64,000 nt of DNA. Origin: Candidatus Woesebacteria bacterium. Lineage in GTDB: Bacteria; Patescibacteriota; Microgenomatia; UBA8517. The notes below the pieces were generated by a model. The model did no database searches. It was not told where the DNA came from and saw only the letters and a program-made list of their open reading frames with translations. The stretch spans positions 112,387 through 176,386 of the forward strand of contig DMZH01000003.1 in assembly GCA_003484955.1 (NCBI GenBank), in the 5' to 3' direction. Position numbers and translations under genes: made by a program. This document shows positions 29,309 through 39,247 of the stretch, piece after piece (position 1 is the first letter of the stretch; every line of letters begins with the position of its first letter).

Positions 29309-32300
29309 GAAAGTAGTATCAGACCACATCAAAAAGTATCGAAGTGAAGTATTAAAGGATTCTTCAGCCTCAACTTTCGATAGGAAAATGTTCTCACTCA
29401 AGAAATTCTTTGAATGGACAGTTAAAGAAGGATATCTGGATGAAAATCCGGTGGAATCATTCTTACGGGAAGAGCAGGAAACAGTCAAAACAAAGCTCGG
29501 AAAAATTGAGAGACAAAAAAAGCTAAATCCTCCATCCTACGGCTCAGCTCAATCTAGAATTGTCGCAAAATTTGCGGGAAAACCCAAGCTTCAGAAGCTT
29601 GCCTACAATCTTTTTTATGCCAGACCTAAATGGTATAAATCATATCACAATCTACCAATTGCCAGTTATTTCAACTATGCAATTCTTGTTCTTTTGATGT
29701 CCAGCCTTGGTTTTGGAGTATATAATCAATTCTTCAAAACCACCTCCGGTTCCCTTGCCTACCCAACCTCCCTAACCCGTGCCGGAAGGTATTTATCTTT
29801 TCAGGGAAGATTAACCAACAATCTAGGGAATCCCATCACAACTGCAACCAACCTGGTTTTCAAACTCTACAGCGTTGATACGGGTGGGGCGGCCCTTTGG
29901 AACTCCGGAACTTGTTCGATTACACCCGACACCGACGGAATCTTCTCTACTCTTTTAGGAAGCTCCTGCGGAACTGAAATTGCATCATCTGTATTTAGCG
30001 AAAACTCTGCCATTTGGCTTGGAGTGACTGTGGGAGTAGACGCCGAGGCTACTCCAAGAGTGCAAATCGCAACAGTTGCCTATGCTATTAATTCCGAAAC
30101 ACTTCAGGGTTATCCGGCCAGTTCCTCCGCAACAGCCAATACGGTTCCCGTGATGAATAACCTGGGACAAATTGTCTTGGCAGCCGCTTCCCCCAAAATG
30201 CAGTCTACAAGCGGCACTTTTGCTATTGAGGGACAGGCACTAACCATCACGACACCGGATGCTTCCAACGGATCAATCGCTATCAATCCGGATGGAACCG
30301 GCACACTTAATCTTATTTTCGAAGGAGCCGCCCCGGGAGGGGGCGCTGGAGGTTTTGTCAATGCAACCAATGCCAATATAACATCGGGAGCTCTTTATTT
30401 CGGACAGGTTGCCAGTAATGCCACAGGGTATAATCTTTTGCAACTTAAAAGCGGTGCAACCCCAACAGATAAATTTGTAGTTGACTCAGGAGGAAACGTA
30501 ACCGCGGCAGGAACATTTAACGGATTAACGGTTTCCAGCGGAACAATTTCAAGCGGTACCTGGAACGGAACCGCCATTTCAACGACATACGGCGGAACAG
30601 GACAAAATTGGTCGGGAGTGGCTCAAGGATCTCTTCCCTATTTCTCAGCAACAGGAACAATGTCTACCCTCTCTCCCGGAACTTCAGGCTACGTTCTTAC
30701 AACCCAAGGAGCTTCAGCCGATCCAACCTGGACAAGTGCTTCCTCAGTTGGAACAAATTACTGGAATCTTGGAACAGGAACAATATACCCGGGTAACACC
30801 ACGCTTGATTTACTTTTGGGTGCCAGTGCCACAACCAGTGCCAAGTTTGCATTCAAAAATGTTTTAACAGGAACTCCAACGGCCAGTATCTCCGGTTCCA
30901 CCGCTAATGTAGCGACATTCATTGACGGGAATGGCAATATTTCAACAACCAACAGAGCTGATTTAGTGCTTGGCAACTCCGCTACCTACAACTCAACAGG
31001 AAATATTCTTCTTAATCCAAACGGGATTGGATATGTTGGAATTGGGACAACAACACCCTTATATCCTTTAAGCATAGTCGGAACAGCCCCCAATGTTGCT
31101 ACGGGGCGTGTAGTTGATATCGATGGTACTTTATCTTCTACAACGAATGACCAAATTGGTTTAAAAGTATCTCCAAGTGTTTTACCAACTGCTTCAACCA
31201 GCAGGACCTACTCCGGTTTACAACTGTCGCTTTCCGGAAACAGCACAACCAGGCTTACCAATGCTGAATTTCGAGGCATTGAAGGATATGTCAGTTTCAG
31301 CGGAGCATCAGGTTCTTTGGGTACAGGAATTGGTATAAGATCTAGGGTTAATAATACCTCTACAGGTACAATTACTAACGCATATTCTACATATATTGCC
31401 ACCCCAACAAATACGGGAACAATAACCAATACTTATGGTTTATATGTTGATACCCAAACCGTAGGAACTCAAACAAATGCGCCTTTTGCAATATATCAAG
31501 CAGGAACAACAAACAAAAACTACTTTGCAGGCAATGTTGGTATCGGTACCACCTCCCCCACTGTCGAACTTGATGTAGCAGGAGCTGCTTCAATATCAGG
31601 ATCTTTAACTTTCAGAACGGGTGCAGGATCAATCCAAACTACAGCCTTTAATCCACTAACAGTTGGGGGGTCAACTACAGGAAATATCACACTTAATCCA
31701 AGTAACGCCGTATCGGATGGGTATGTGGCACCTGCAGCAAATGGCGTAACCAATCTTGGTACAGCTTCTCTACTTTGGAAAGATGTATACGCATCAGTTC
31801 TTCATCAAGGAGCAAATCTAGTTTGTGATTCAAGCGGTGCCAACTGTCCGGCAGGAGCAGTTTCTTATTGGGGACAGGCTGCGGGAGCCATATATACACT
31901 CAATAATACCGCCGATGTACTCATCGGAGCCACCGCAACGACTTCTGCAAAGTTTGCATTTAAGAATGTGTTAACAGGTACCCCAACCGCTTCAATATCC
32001 GGTTCAACCGCTAATGTTGCTTTGTTTATGGACGGTAATGGCAACATTTCTACAACAAACAGACAAAATTTAGTACTTGGAAATTCAACAACATATGACA
32101 CAACAGGAAACATTCTCCTAAACTCCAATGGAACCGGAAATGTTGGTATCGGCACCACTTCCCCCACCGCACTTTTAGATGTTGCAGGGGCTGCTTCCGT
32201 ATCGGGATCGCTCACATTTAGAACTGGGGCAGGTTCGATCCAAACAACAACATTCTCCCCGATTGCAATCGGCGGTTCAACAACAGGAAATATCACACTT

Positions 32301-35300
32301 AATCCAAGCAATGCGATAGCAGGGGGTTATGTCGCCCCCAATACAACCAATATGTCAGATTTTGGAACCGCTTCCCTACTTTGGAGAAATATATATGGAA
32401 CAACCCTATACCAAGGAGCTAACCAGGTTTGTGATACAAGCGGTAACTGTTCGGCAGCTACTGATATCTGGAGTATTGCCGATGGAGCACTTTATCCGAA
32501 AAATACTTCCGTAGATCTATTACTTGGATCAACCGCAACCACAAGTGCTAAATTTGCACTTAAAAATGTTTTATCTGGTGTTCCTACCGCCTCAATTTCA
32601 GGAAGCACGACAAATGTAGCCACATTCATTGACGGAAATGGCAACATTTCTACAACCAATAGAGCTAACTTGGTGCTTGGAAACTCCGCAACTTACAACA
32701 CAACAGGCAACGTTTTGATTAATCCAAACGGAACCGGAAGAGTCGGTGTAGGAACAACCACACCCAACTCTGCACTTGAAATATATAGTGCTGCTGGTGG
32801 AATTAATGATTATATAGGCCTTAAAAGAGGTGGTACAGATTGGAGAATCTGGGTAAGTGATGGAACCACAGGAACAGCATCGTTAAGAATAGGTGGAAAT
32901 GCGGTGGATAGTTATGCCTGGCAATTTGATTGGACCGGAGCAGCCGCAAATCTTTTTAAGTCTCCCAATGGTGAGGCGGGCCAAATCCCATTGGCTGTAA
33001 GGGCTGCCGGTGCTCAAACAGCAAATATATTTGAAGCCCAAAACTCTGGCGGCACTGCTCTGTTTTCTGTGGGTAGTACCGGAAATATCACAGCAGCCGG
33101 TGTAATTAATGCAGGTGGACTTAGTGGCGTTGCATACAATGCCCTTGCCGGAGGTGGCGATACTCCCGCTGCCACGGCTGCTATCACCACTTCAAACGAT
33201 TTATTTATAGGCGGAGATGCTGAAATTAAAGGCGGACTCTATTTAACCGGCAAAAATATTTTTAATGTTGTCAGCGGAGTTGCAACATCGACAATTTCTC
33301 TGGCCCAAAATCCGGCTACTATAAACAATTACAATGCTTTAAGTTACGGAAGCTGGCTTGTAAACAATAGTACAAATAACGGTATAGCAGCTCTCATGGT
33401 AAACCAAAGCAAAGGTGGAGATATTTTTACTGCCAGTGCTTCAGGATCACCAAAATTTGTAATTGATAACTCCGGTAATGTTGGAATAGGTACAACAGGG
33501 CCAAGAAATGGGCTGGAACTAGCCAAGCTTGACAGCAACTACATAACGAGTTTAAGGGTTGGAGGGATTTTGCAAGGAACTACAGCTGTTGCTATTGGAG
33601 CTGAGACATCCAGACATCAAATTCTATTCTCAAGCTGGAGAGATGTTCAAACGAATACTGTTGGCGCTAAAATAGCAGCTATAAATTGGAATAATTATGC
33701 ATTAAATAATCCTTTAGTTCAAAATACTGATTTGGCATTCTTTACCCTTGGAACTACTCCGGGATCAACTGACGCTACTACTGAAAAAATGCGCATTACT
33801 GCAGCGGGCAACGTCGGTATTGGTACAACTAGTCCAGTATCTAAATTAGATGTGATAGGTGCTCAAAATAACACAATAACTTCTACTAATTCCATCGTTA
33901 AGTTTTTAGGTGATGACGCGGGCATTCATATTGGTAATTTAGCTGGAACTCCAAGTTATGGTGCTTGGTTACAGGCGATGAGAGCCGATAATTTTGCATT
34001 CCCATTATTATTAAACCCACTTGGCGGCAACGTCGGCATCGGGACAACGAGCCCGAGTTACCGGCTCACTTTGGGAGGTACCAGCACTGTGTTTGGGATA
34101 GAAAATGCAACTGCATTCGCAGCCAAAAATTCTGTTGGAGGCTACGAAAATTACCTCTGGCCTCGCTGGTCTGACAATGTTACATATCTAAATTTTGGGT
34201 CAGCTGGATTTAATATCCGAAACAACGGATCTTCGTCAGTGATGGTTATGCAGAATACCGGCAATGTTGGAATTGGGACGACAAGTCCGGATACAAAACT
34301 TGAAATCAACGGATATGCAGATACTTTAAGCGCATTGACTCTTGATGTTGCCCATGGTACATATTTCGTTGAACTTGATCGAAATGGAACCAAAGTTGCA
34401 GATATTTATAAGAATACAAGCGGACCGCTTATTTTTGAGTCTTTTGCGGCTGGGAGTACAACGGCAGAGTTTTCGTTTTCTGGCGGCAAAGTGAATGTCA
34501 CCGGAACAACTACTTACTCAATAACCGGACCTTTTTCGGGAGCCACTGCCAATGCTGCTTGGACAACCGGTTTTGCAACCCAAAATATAAGCACCAGTAT
34601 CCTTGCCAGTGGGGCTTTAGTAGCCAATGGTGTTTTCTCTGCGTCAGACCAACGACTAAAAGAAAATATTGATCAGATCAATCCGGAGATGGTGAATGAC
34701 TTCATGCAAAACATCATTCCTGTTGGCTTTAACTGGAAAAGGGATGGTCTTTACAATACAGGTTTTGTCGCTCAGGATCTTATTCGTAAAGGTTTTGGTT
34801 ATTTAGTAAAAGCCACACCGGATGACAGCATCAGTCAAAGCATTGATGAGGATGGTTTTATAAGTCCGGCAGGGTTCCAATATAACGTTGACTATCAAGC
34901 AGTTGTTCCTATTTTAACCTACGCTTTACAGCAGCAACAAGCTCAAATTGCCTCTCATTCTTCCCAACTGGCTAATCTAGCTCTTACTTCCGATGGAGAT
35001 TTATTGATAGAAGAATCAACTAATGACGGATATTTGGTCCAAAAGACAGATGGAAGTGTTATTTCACAAATTGCTGCTTTAGCCGAAATGGTTATTGCCA
35101 ACATCAAAGCAGGAGCAATTGTCACGGAAGATCTGGCTACCAGTTCCTTTACTGCTTTCCAGGGAACGGTTGATAATATGCTTGTAAAGTCCGGGCTTGT
35201 CTCACCAATTGTCCAAACTGCCCTCATCTCTCCTCTTCCCGGTGACACTGATGTAACTGTCCAAATCGGATCGGTAGCTACCCCTTCCGGACAATTTGCT

Positions 35301-36218
35301 ATTCAAAATACGGAGGGTGTGGATGTTGCAACTATTGATAACCAAGGAAATGCCACTTTCTCCGGCACTCTTTTTGCCGAGGATATCAAGTCTAAATCTC
35401 TTGATGAGATACAGGCTCTTTTGACCCAAGTTCAGGTAGACCAAAATTTACTATCTCAAAGCGCCGGCTGGAATGTAAACACTGCTACAGATTCGGCCTC
35501 ATTAATTGCCGTGGCTAACATCGCTGACCTTTATGTCACGAACCAGGCTGCTATTAACTCCCTATCCGTCACCAATTCTTTAACAATCGGAGCTGATATG
35601 GTTATTCAATCGGCAATCGGTGGTGATCAATTGGTAATGAATAGTATTGATTCACTAACTGCCCCATTAAGAATTCAGAGTCTTGCCATGGCCCCTGTTG
35701 AAATAATGGCCGGCCTTATCAGAATAGATACTGAGGGAAATGTTCAAATCTCGGGTAATCTTGCGGTCGCGGGGAGAATCAAATCTTCCGGACTGACATT
35801 ACAAGAAGAGAACCTGCAAGGTATGGCCCAAAACACAGTCTTTAATGTACAGGACGCTTTGGGTAGTGCGGTAGCAACAATCGACGCCTCCGGTTCCGCC
35901 AGCTTTGGATCGATTTCAACACCCCAACTTGTCATCGCCGGAGCCGATGCAACAGAGTCAGGTACTATTATAGATGGCGTGATTACAACCAATTCTACAA
36001 TCGGGCAGGCGGTTATTCCCGCTGGGGTCTCCGAAATTACGATAAAAAATCCAAAAGTTACCGATTACACTCTTGTATACGTTACCCCAACTTCAACAAC
36101 TGAAAATTATGTACTATATGTAAAGAGCAAAAAAGCGGGAGAATTTGTAGTCGGATTCACAAACCCGATTTCAATTGACGTTAACTTTAACTGGTGGATA
36201 GTGCGTGTGACCCAATAA
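29298..36218 (+). CDS. Giant membrane-anchored tail-fibre-like adhesin with an N-terminal half SAM-like domain and an S74-type intramolecular chaperone motif
   Basis: SD AAGGAG before ATG 29298; 'STFDRKMFSLKKFFEWTVKEGYLDENP'; TM YAILVLLMSSLGFGVY; 'LSFQGRLTN' domain; many GNVGIGTTSP repeats; 'SDQRLKENID...GFVAQDL' followed by a coiled coil. Confidence 0.85.
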   Translation: MGFRKVVSDHIKKYRSEVLKDSSASTFDRKMFSLKKFFEWTVKEGYLDENPVESFLREEQETVKTKLGKIERQKKLNPPSYGSAQSRIVAKFAGKPKLQKLAYNLFYARPKWYKSYHNLPIASYFNYAILVLLMSSLGFGVYNQFFKTTSGSLAYPTSLTRAGRYLSFQGRLTNNLGNPITTATNLVFKLYSVDTGGAALWNSGTCSITPDTDGIFSTLLGSSCGTEIASSVFSENSAIWLGVTVGVDAEATPRVQIATVAYAINSETLQGYPASSSATANTVPVMNNLGQIVLAAASPKMQSTSGTFAIEGQALTITTPDASNGSIAINPDGTGTLNLIFEGAAPGGGAGGFVNATNANITSGALYFGQVASNATGYNLLQLKSGATPTDKFVVDSGGNVTAAGTFNGLTVSSGTISSGTWNGTAISTTYGGTGQNWSGVAQGSLPYFSATGTMSTLSPGTSGYVLTTQGASADPTWTSASSVGTNYWNLGTGTIYPGNTTLDLLLGASATTSAKFAFKNVLTGTPTASISGSTANVATFIDGNGNISTTNRADLVLGNSATYNSTGNILLNPNGIGYVGIGTTTPLYPLSIVGTAPNVATGRVVDIDGTLSSTTNDQIGLKVSPSVLPTASTSRTYSGLQLSLSGNSTTRLTNAEFRGIEGYVSFSGASGSLGTGIGIRSRVNNTSTGTITNAYSTYIATPTNTGTITNTYGLYVDTQTVGTQTNAPFAIYQAGTTNKNYFAGNVGIGTTSPTVELDVAGAASISGSLTFRTGAGSIQTTAFNPLTVGGSTTGNITLNPSNAVSDGYVAPAANGVTNLGTASLLWKDVYASVLHQGANLVCDSSGANCPAGAVSYWGQAAGAIYTLNNTADVLIGATATTSAKFAFKNVLTGTPTASISGSTANVALFMDGNGNISTTNRQNLVLGNSTTYDTTGNILLNSNGTGNVGIGTTSPTALLDVAGAASVSGSLTFRTGAGSIQTTTFSPIAIGGSTTGNITLNPSNAIAGGYVAPNTTNMSDFGTASLLWRNIYGTTLYQGANQVCDTSGNCSAATDIWSIADGALYPKNTSVDLLLGSTATTSAKFALKNVLSGVPTASISGSTTNVATFIDGNGNISTTNRANLVLGNSATYNTTGNVLINPNGTGRVGVGTTTPNSALEIYSAAGGINDYIGLKRGGTDWRIWVSDGTTGTASLRIGGNAVDSYAWQFDWTGAAANLFKSPNGEAGQIPLAVRAAGAQTANIFEAQNSGGTALFSVGSTGNITAAGVINAGGLSGVAYNALAGGGDTPAATAAITTSNDLFIGGDAEIKGGLYLTGKNIFNVVSGVATSTISLAQNPATINNYNALSYGSWLVNNSTNNGIAALMVNQSKGGDIFTASASGSPKFVIDNSGNVGIGTTGPRNGLELAKLDSNYITSLRVGGILQGTTAVAIGAETSRHQILFSSWRDVQTNTVGAKIAAINWNNYALNNPLVQNTDLAFFTLGTTPGSTDATTEKMRITAAGNVGIGTTSPVSKLDVIGAQNNTITSTNSIVKFLGDDAGIHIGNLAGTPSYGAWLQAMRADNFAFPLLLNPLGGNVGIGTTSPSYRLTLGGTSTVFGIENATAFAAKNSVGGYENYLWPRWSDNVTYLNFGSAGFNIRNNGSSSVMVMQNTGNVGIGTTSPDTKLEINGYADTLSALTLDVAHGTYFVELDRNGTKVADIYKNTSGPLIFESFAAGSTTAEFSFSGGKVNVTGTTTYSITGPFSGATANAAWTTGFATQNISTSILASGALVANGVFSASDQRLKENIDQINPEMVNDFMQNIIPVGFNWKRDGLYNTGFVAQDLIRKGFGYLVKATPDDSISQSIDEDGFISPAGFQYNVDYQAVVPILTYALQQQQAQIASHSSQLANLALTSDGDLLIEESTNDGYLVQKTDGSVISQIAALAEMVIANIKAGAIVTEDLATSSFTAFQGTVDNMLVKSGLVSPIVQTALISPLPGDTDVTVQIGSVATPSGQFAIQNTEGVDVATIDNQGNATFSGTLFAEDIKSKSLDEIQALLTQVQVDQNLLSQSAGWNVNTATDSASLIAVANIADLYVTNQAAINSLSVTNSLTIGADMVIQSAIGGDQLVMNSIDSLTAPLRIQSLAMAPVEIMAGLIRIDTEGNVQISGNLAVAGRIKSSGLTLQEENLQGMAQNTVFNVQDALGSAVATIDASGSASFGSISTPQLVIAGADATESGTIIDGVITTNSTIGQAVIPAGVSEITIKNPKVTDYTLVYVTPTSTTENYVLYVKSKKAGEFVVGFTNPISIDVNFNWWIVRVTQ
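30759..32765 (+). repeat. Internal module duplications within fibre gene 1
   Basis: Three copies of 'DLLLGxTATTSAKFAxKNVLxGxPTASISGSTxNVAxFxDGNGNISTTNR' (~30.8, 31.9, 32.5 kb) and two of 'LDVAGAASxSGSLTFRTGAGSIQTT' (~31.6, 32.2 kb). Confidence 0.9.
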
Positions 36219-36294
36219 ATGACAAAAACCATATATAAAACCACATCAAACATTATCTCTATATATAAAGTAACGATGATATGGAATGATGCCG

Positions 36295-36323
36295 TTGACA
36301 CTAAAATTTTCACAATCAATACT
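36295..36323 (+). promoter_or_regulatory. Putative sigma70 promoter
   Basis: TTGACA, 17 bp, AATACT. Confidence 0.5.
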
Positions 36324-36339
36324 TATAGGTACCCTGTCT

Positions 36340-38259
36340 ATGGAAAAATTGCTTAATTCAATTCAAAAATATTTGGTGGTTGCCGGTGCGGCGCTTTTTG
36401 TAGTTTTTGTCCTCCCCGGTTTCCCCTCTCCTTATCATGTTCCAAAGGAAATTTTTGCAGCAGTTATTATCTCTCTGGCTCTTATTGCTTCACTAATAAA
36501 ATCTATTATTAAAGGGGAGTCAAAATTCTTCAGGGGTAAATTTGATATCGGAATTATCCTTTTGGTAATCGCCTATCTGGCTACCACCATTTTTAGGACA
36601 CCTAATAAAATGGAGGCATTTTTCTATCCGGGAACAACCACTTTTGTTCTTCTTTCCGCACTTTTTTATCTGATTGTCAACCAATTTACCAGAAGGGGTA
36701 AAAACGCTGTTCTTTTAGCTCTTTTTACGTCAGGAATTTTTCTCTCTGTCTCGATTCTTTTCACCCAGCTTGGTGTTTTTGCAAAAATCCCTCAGCTTCC
36801 CACTTTTATGAAAGATCCTGCTTTCAATCCGATGGGTGCCAGTTTACAATCTGTCATTTATCTTTTTGCTCTTTTGCCTATCGGCGTTGCCCAAATTATT
36901 AAAGAAAAGGAAATTGTTAAACGAATCTTTTTTGGAGTTGCGTCGGCAGTAATTATTTTTGGAATTGCTCTGTCCGGAATCAATATGCTTCCCGGTAAGC
37001 CACAAGCCCCGGTTCTTCCCTCCTGGCAAACATCGTGGGAAGTAGTTGCCGAAGCGTTAAAGCAAAGTCCCCTTTTGGGTGTGGGTTCCGCCAACTATCT
37101 TTCCGCTTTCAATGTCTACAGACCTGTTTCCTACAACGGAACGAATCTTTGGCAAGTCAGATTCTACTCGGCAAACAATTATTACTTCACTTTAATGACC
37201 GAGCTTGGATTTATTGGAATTGCCGCCATCACCATACTATTAATAAGCATTTACAAAAAACTCTCCCTCGACTATAAAAGTAAAGCCTGGGAAGAAATTT
37301 CTATAGCCATTCTGGTTCTTGCATTTGCCGTTTTTCCAGCCGCCCCTGCTCTGATATTCCTGTTTATGGTTCTTCTGGCTGTATTCTCAGGATCCGAGGA
37401 TAAACCGATTACCATTGCCACAAATAAAGTTCCTGCAATAATTGTCGCCTCTCCTATATTTTTGGCAATAGTTGCTCTTGCAATTTTCGGAACAAGGGCT
37501 GTTATGGCTGAGGCTAACTACAAGAAATCGCTTGATGCCCTGACTGCCAATGATGCCAAAAATACTTACAACTATATGGTTCAGGCGGTAAAATTAAATC
37601 CCTATGTCGACAGGTATCATGCCTCTCTTGCTCAAGTCGATATGGCTCTTGCCAACTCTCTTGCCGGGAAGAAAGATTTAACGGAGGAGGATCGCACTGC
37701 GGTCACCCAACTTGTTCAGGAGGCTATTTCCGAGGGTAAGGCAACAGTTACACTTAACTCGAGTCGAAGCAGTAATTGGGAGGTTTTGGCACAAATCTAT
37801 AGAAGCATAATGTCTTTTGCCGAAGGAAGCGACCAGTATGCAATCCAAACCTATTCTCAGGCAGTGGCACTTGATCCCATTAACCCCGACTTAAGAATTT
37901 CTCTTGGTGGAGTTTATTACGCTCTGGGAGATTATGACAATGCGATAGGAGCCTTTCAATTAGCGGTTGTTGCAAAAGGCAACTCTGCCAATGCCCACTA
38001 CAATCTTGCTGCAGCATATGCCGCCAAGAAGGACTATGACAAAGCAATTGCTGAAGTAAACACCGTAATTTCTCTTGTACCCCAGGGTTCTGACGACTAT
38101 AAAACTGCTCAGGCAACCCTGGAACAGCTTAAAAAGCAAAAACCGGCCACTACTGATACCACATCTCAAAACTTAACCTCACCGGAAACCGTTACAGAGT
38201 CCAATATTAAGCCCCCGATTACGCTTCCTTCTGATTCTACCCCACCCGCTACTCAGTAA
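36340..38259 (+). CDS. O-antigen-ligase/Wzy_C-like membrane protein with C-terminal TPRs
   Basis: About 12 TMs, 'PLLGVGSANY', 'NYYFTLMTELGFIG', TPRs (YSQAVALDP, AHYNLAAAY). Likely start MEKLL at 36340. Confidence 0.8.
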   Translation: MEKLLNSIQKYLVVAGAALFVVFVLPGFPSPYHVPKEIFAAVIISLALIASLIKSIIKGESKFFRGKFDIGIILLVIAYLATTIFRTPNKMEAFFYPGTTTFVLLSALFYLIVNQFTRRGKNAVLLALFTSGIFLSVSILFTQLGVFAKIPQLPTFMKDPAFNPMGASLQSVIYLFALLPIGVAQIIKEKEIVKRIFFGVASAVIIFGIALSGINMLPGKPQAPVLPSWQTSWEVVAEALKQSPLLGVGSANYLSAFNVYRPVSYNGTNLWQVRFYSANNYYFTLMTELGFIGIAAITILLISIYKKLSLDYKSKAWEEISIAILVLAFAVFPAAPALIFLFMVLLAVFSGSEDKPITIATNKVPAIIVASPIFLAIVALAIFGTRAVMAEANYKKSLDALTANDAKNTYNYMVQAVKLNPYVDRYHASLAQVDMALANSLAGKKDLTEEDRTAVTQLVQEAISEGKATVTLNSSRSSNWEVLAQIYRSIMSFAEGSDQYAIQTYSQAVALDPINPDLRISLGGVYYALGDYDNAIGAFQLAVVAKGNSANAHYNLAAAYAAKKDYDKAIAEVNTVISLVPQGSDDYKTAQATLEQLKKQKPATTDTTSQNLTSPETVTESNIKPPITLPSDSTPPATQ

Positions 38260-38671
38260 CAGCTAAAAGGTCAATAAGGTCTGCTTCGTCAATTAGAAGT
38301 TGTAATGATTCATTTGATTTCAAAATGGCTACCCCTTCTTCATACGATTTTGTAGCAAAAACTTTAACCAGAATTTCATTTTGCTTCTCAAAAATACGTT
38401 TTTCTTCATTATTTAGAGGTTTTTCAAGTCCCTTGGCGTTAGTTACCTTAATAATATCTATCAAGTTTGATTTTTGACTGTCAAAACTAGGATCCTTGGA
38501 ATTTAGCTTGGCCAAACCAACATAGGCTGTCCTATTTTGGACCAGATTGGAATAGTGTATAGAAACTTCTCTATTTTTTGCCTGGTGGGGTAAAAAATAA
38601 ATAAAGTAATATCCCGCTGAAATGAGTACAAGAATAATTAAAGTCTTGACTGTAAAGATTAAATATTTCAC
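38249..38671 (-). CDS. Small membrane-anchored hypothetical protein
   Basis: GTG start with TATAAT shortly upstream; N-terminal TM; helical soluble part. Confidence 0.65.
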   Translation of the reverse strand: MKYLIFTVKTLIILVLISAGYYFIYFLPHQAKNREVSIHYSNLVQNRTAYVGLAKLNSKDPSFDSQKSNLIDIIKVTNAKGLEKPLNNEEKRIFEKQNEILVKVFATKSYEEGVAILKSNESLQLLIDEADLIDLLAVTE

Positions 38672-38734
38672 CCCTGATAATTATATCGTTTGTTACTTGC
38701 AAAATGAAATTTAGGGTGTTATATATTTACTACC

Positions 38735-39247
38735 ATGGAAGAAGGCTCAACAGGGACTCAAACGGAAGCTAAAAAGAAAGGTTCTAAATGGCTTTTCAAG
38801 TCAATCCCCTACATTATTATCCTCGCAATTGGTATATACGGCGGAACATACCTTGTCAGACAAAAACCCACCTGGTTCGGTCTTCCCCAGGGAACGGCAC
38901 AGGCCCAGGCAGAAGCAAACGCACTGGTTGCTAAAGTTTCAAAGCTTATGACTCTCCCCACCGACGAAACACCAACCATTGCAACGGTCACCGATGTCTC
39001 AATTGTCGCCGATCAACCGTTTTTCAAAAACGCCCAAAATGGAGATAAAGTTTTGATTTATCAAAAAGCCGGAAAAGCAATTCTTTACCGTGAGAGTGAA
39101 AACAAAATCATAGAAGTCGGGGCAGTTAATTTTAATCAGGCCGCCGCCAGTCCGGAAGTTTCTGCTATTGCTACACCAACTGCGAAACCAACCGTTGCAC
39201 CAACAGCTTCTCCGGTAGCCTCGCCGGTTTCAACTCCTACCCAGTAA
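38735..39247 (+). CDS. Membrane-anchored hypothetical protein with a Pro/Thr/Ala tail
   Basis: TM, 'LPTDETPTIATVTD...QPFFKNAQNGDKVLIY', low-complexity C-terminus. Confidence 0.75.
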   Translation: MEEGSTGTQTEAKKKGSKWLFKSIPYIIILAIGIYGGTYLVRQKPTWFGLPQGTAQAQAEANALVAKVSKLMTLPTDETPTIATVTDVSIVADQPFFKNAQNGDKVLIYQKAGKAILYRESENKIIEVGAVNFNQAAASPEVSAIATPTAKPTVAPTASPVASPVSTPTQ

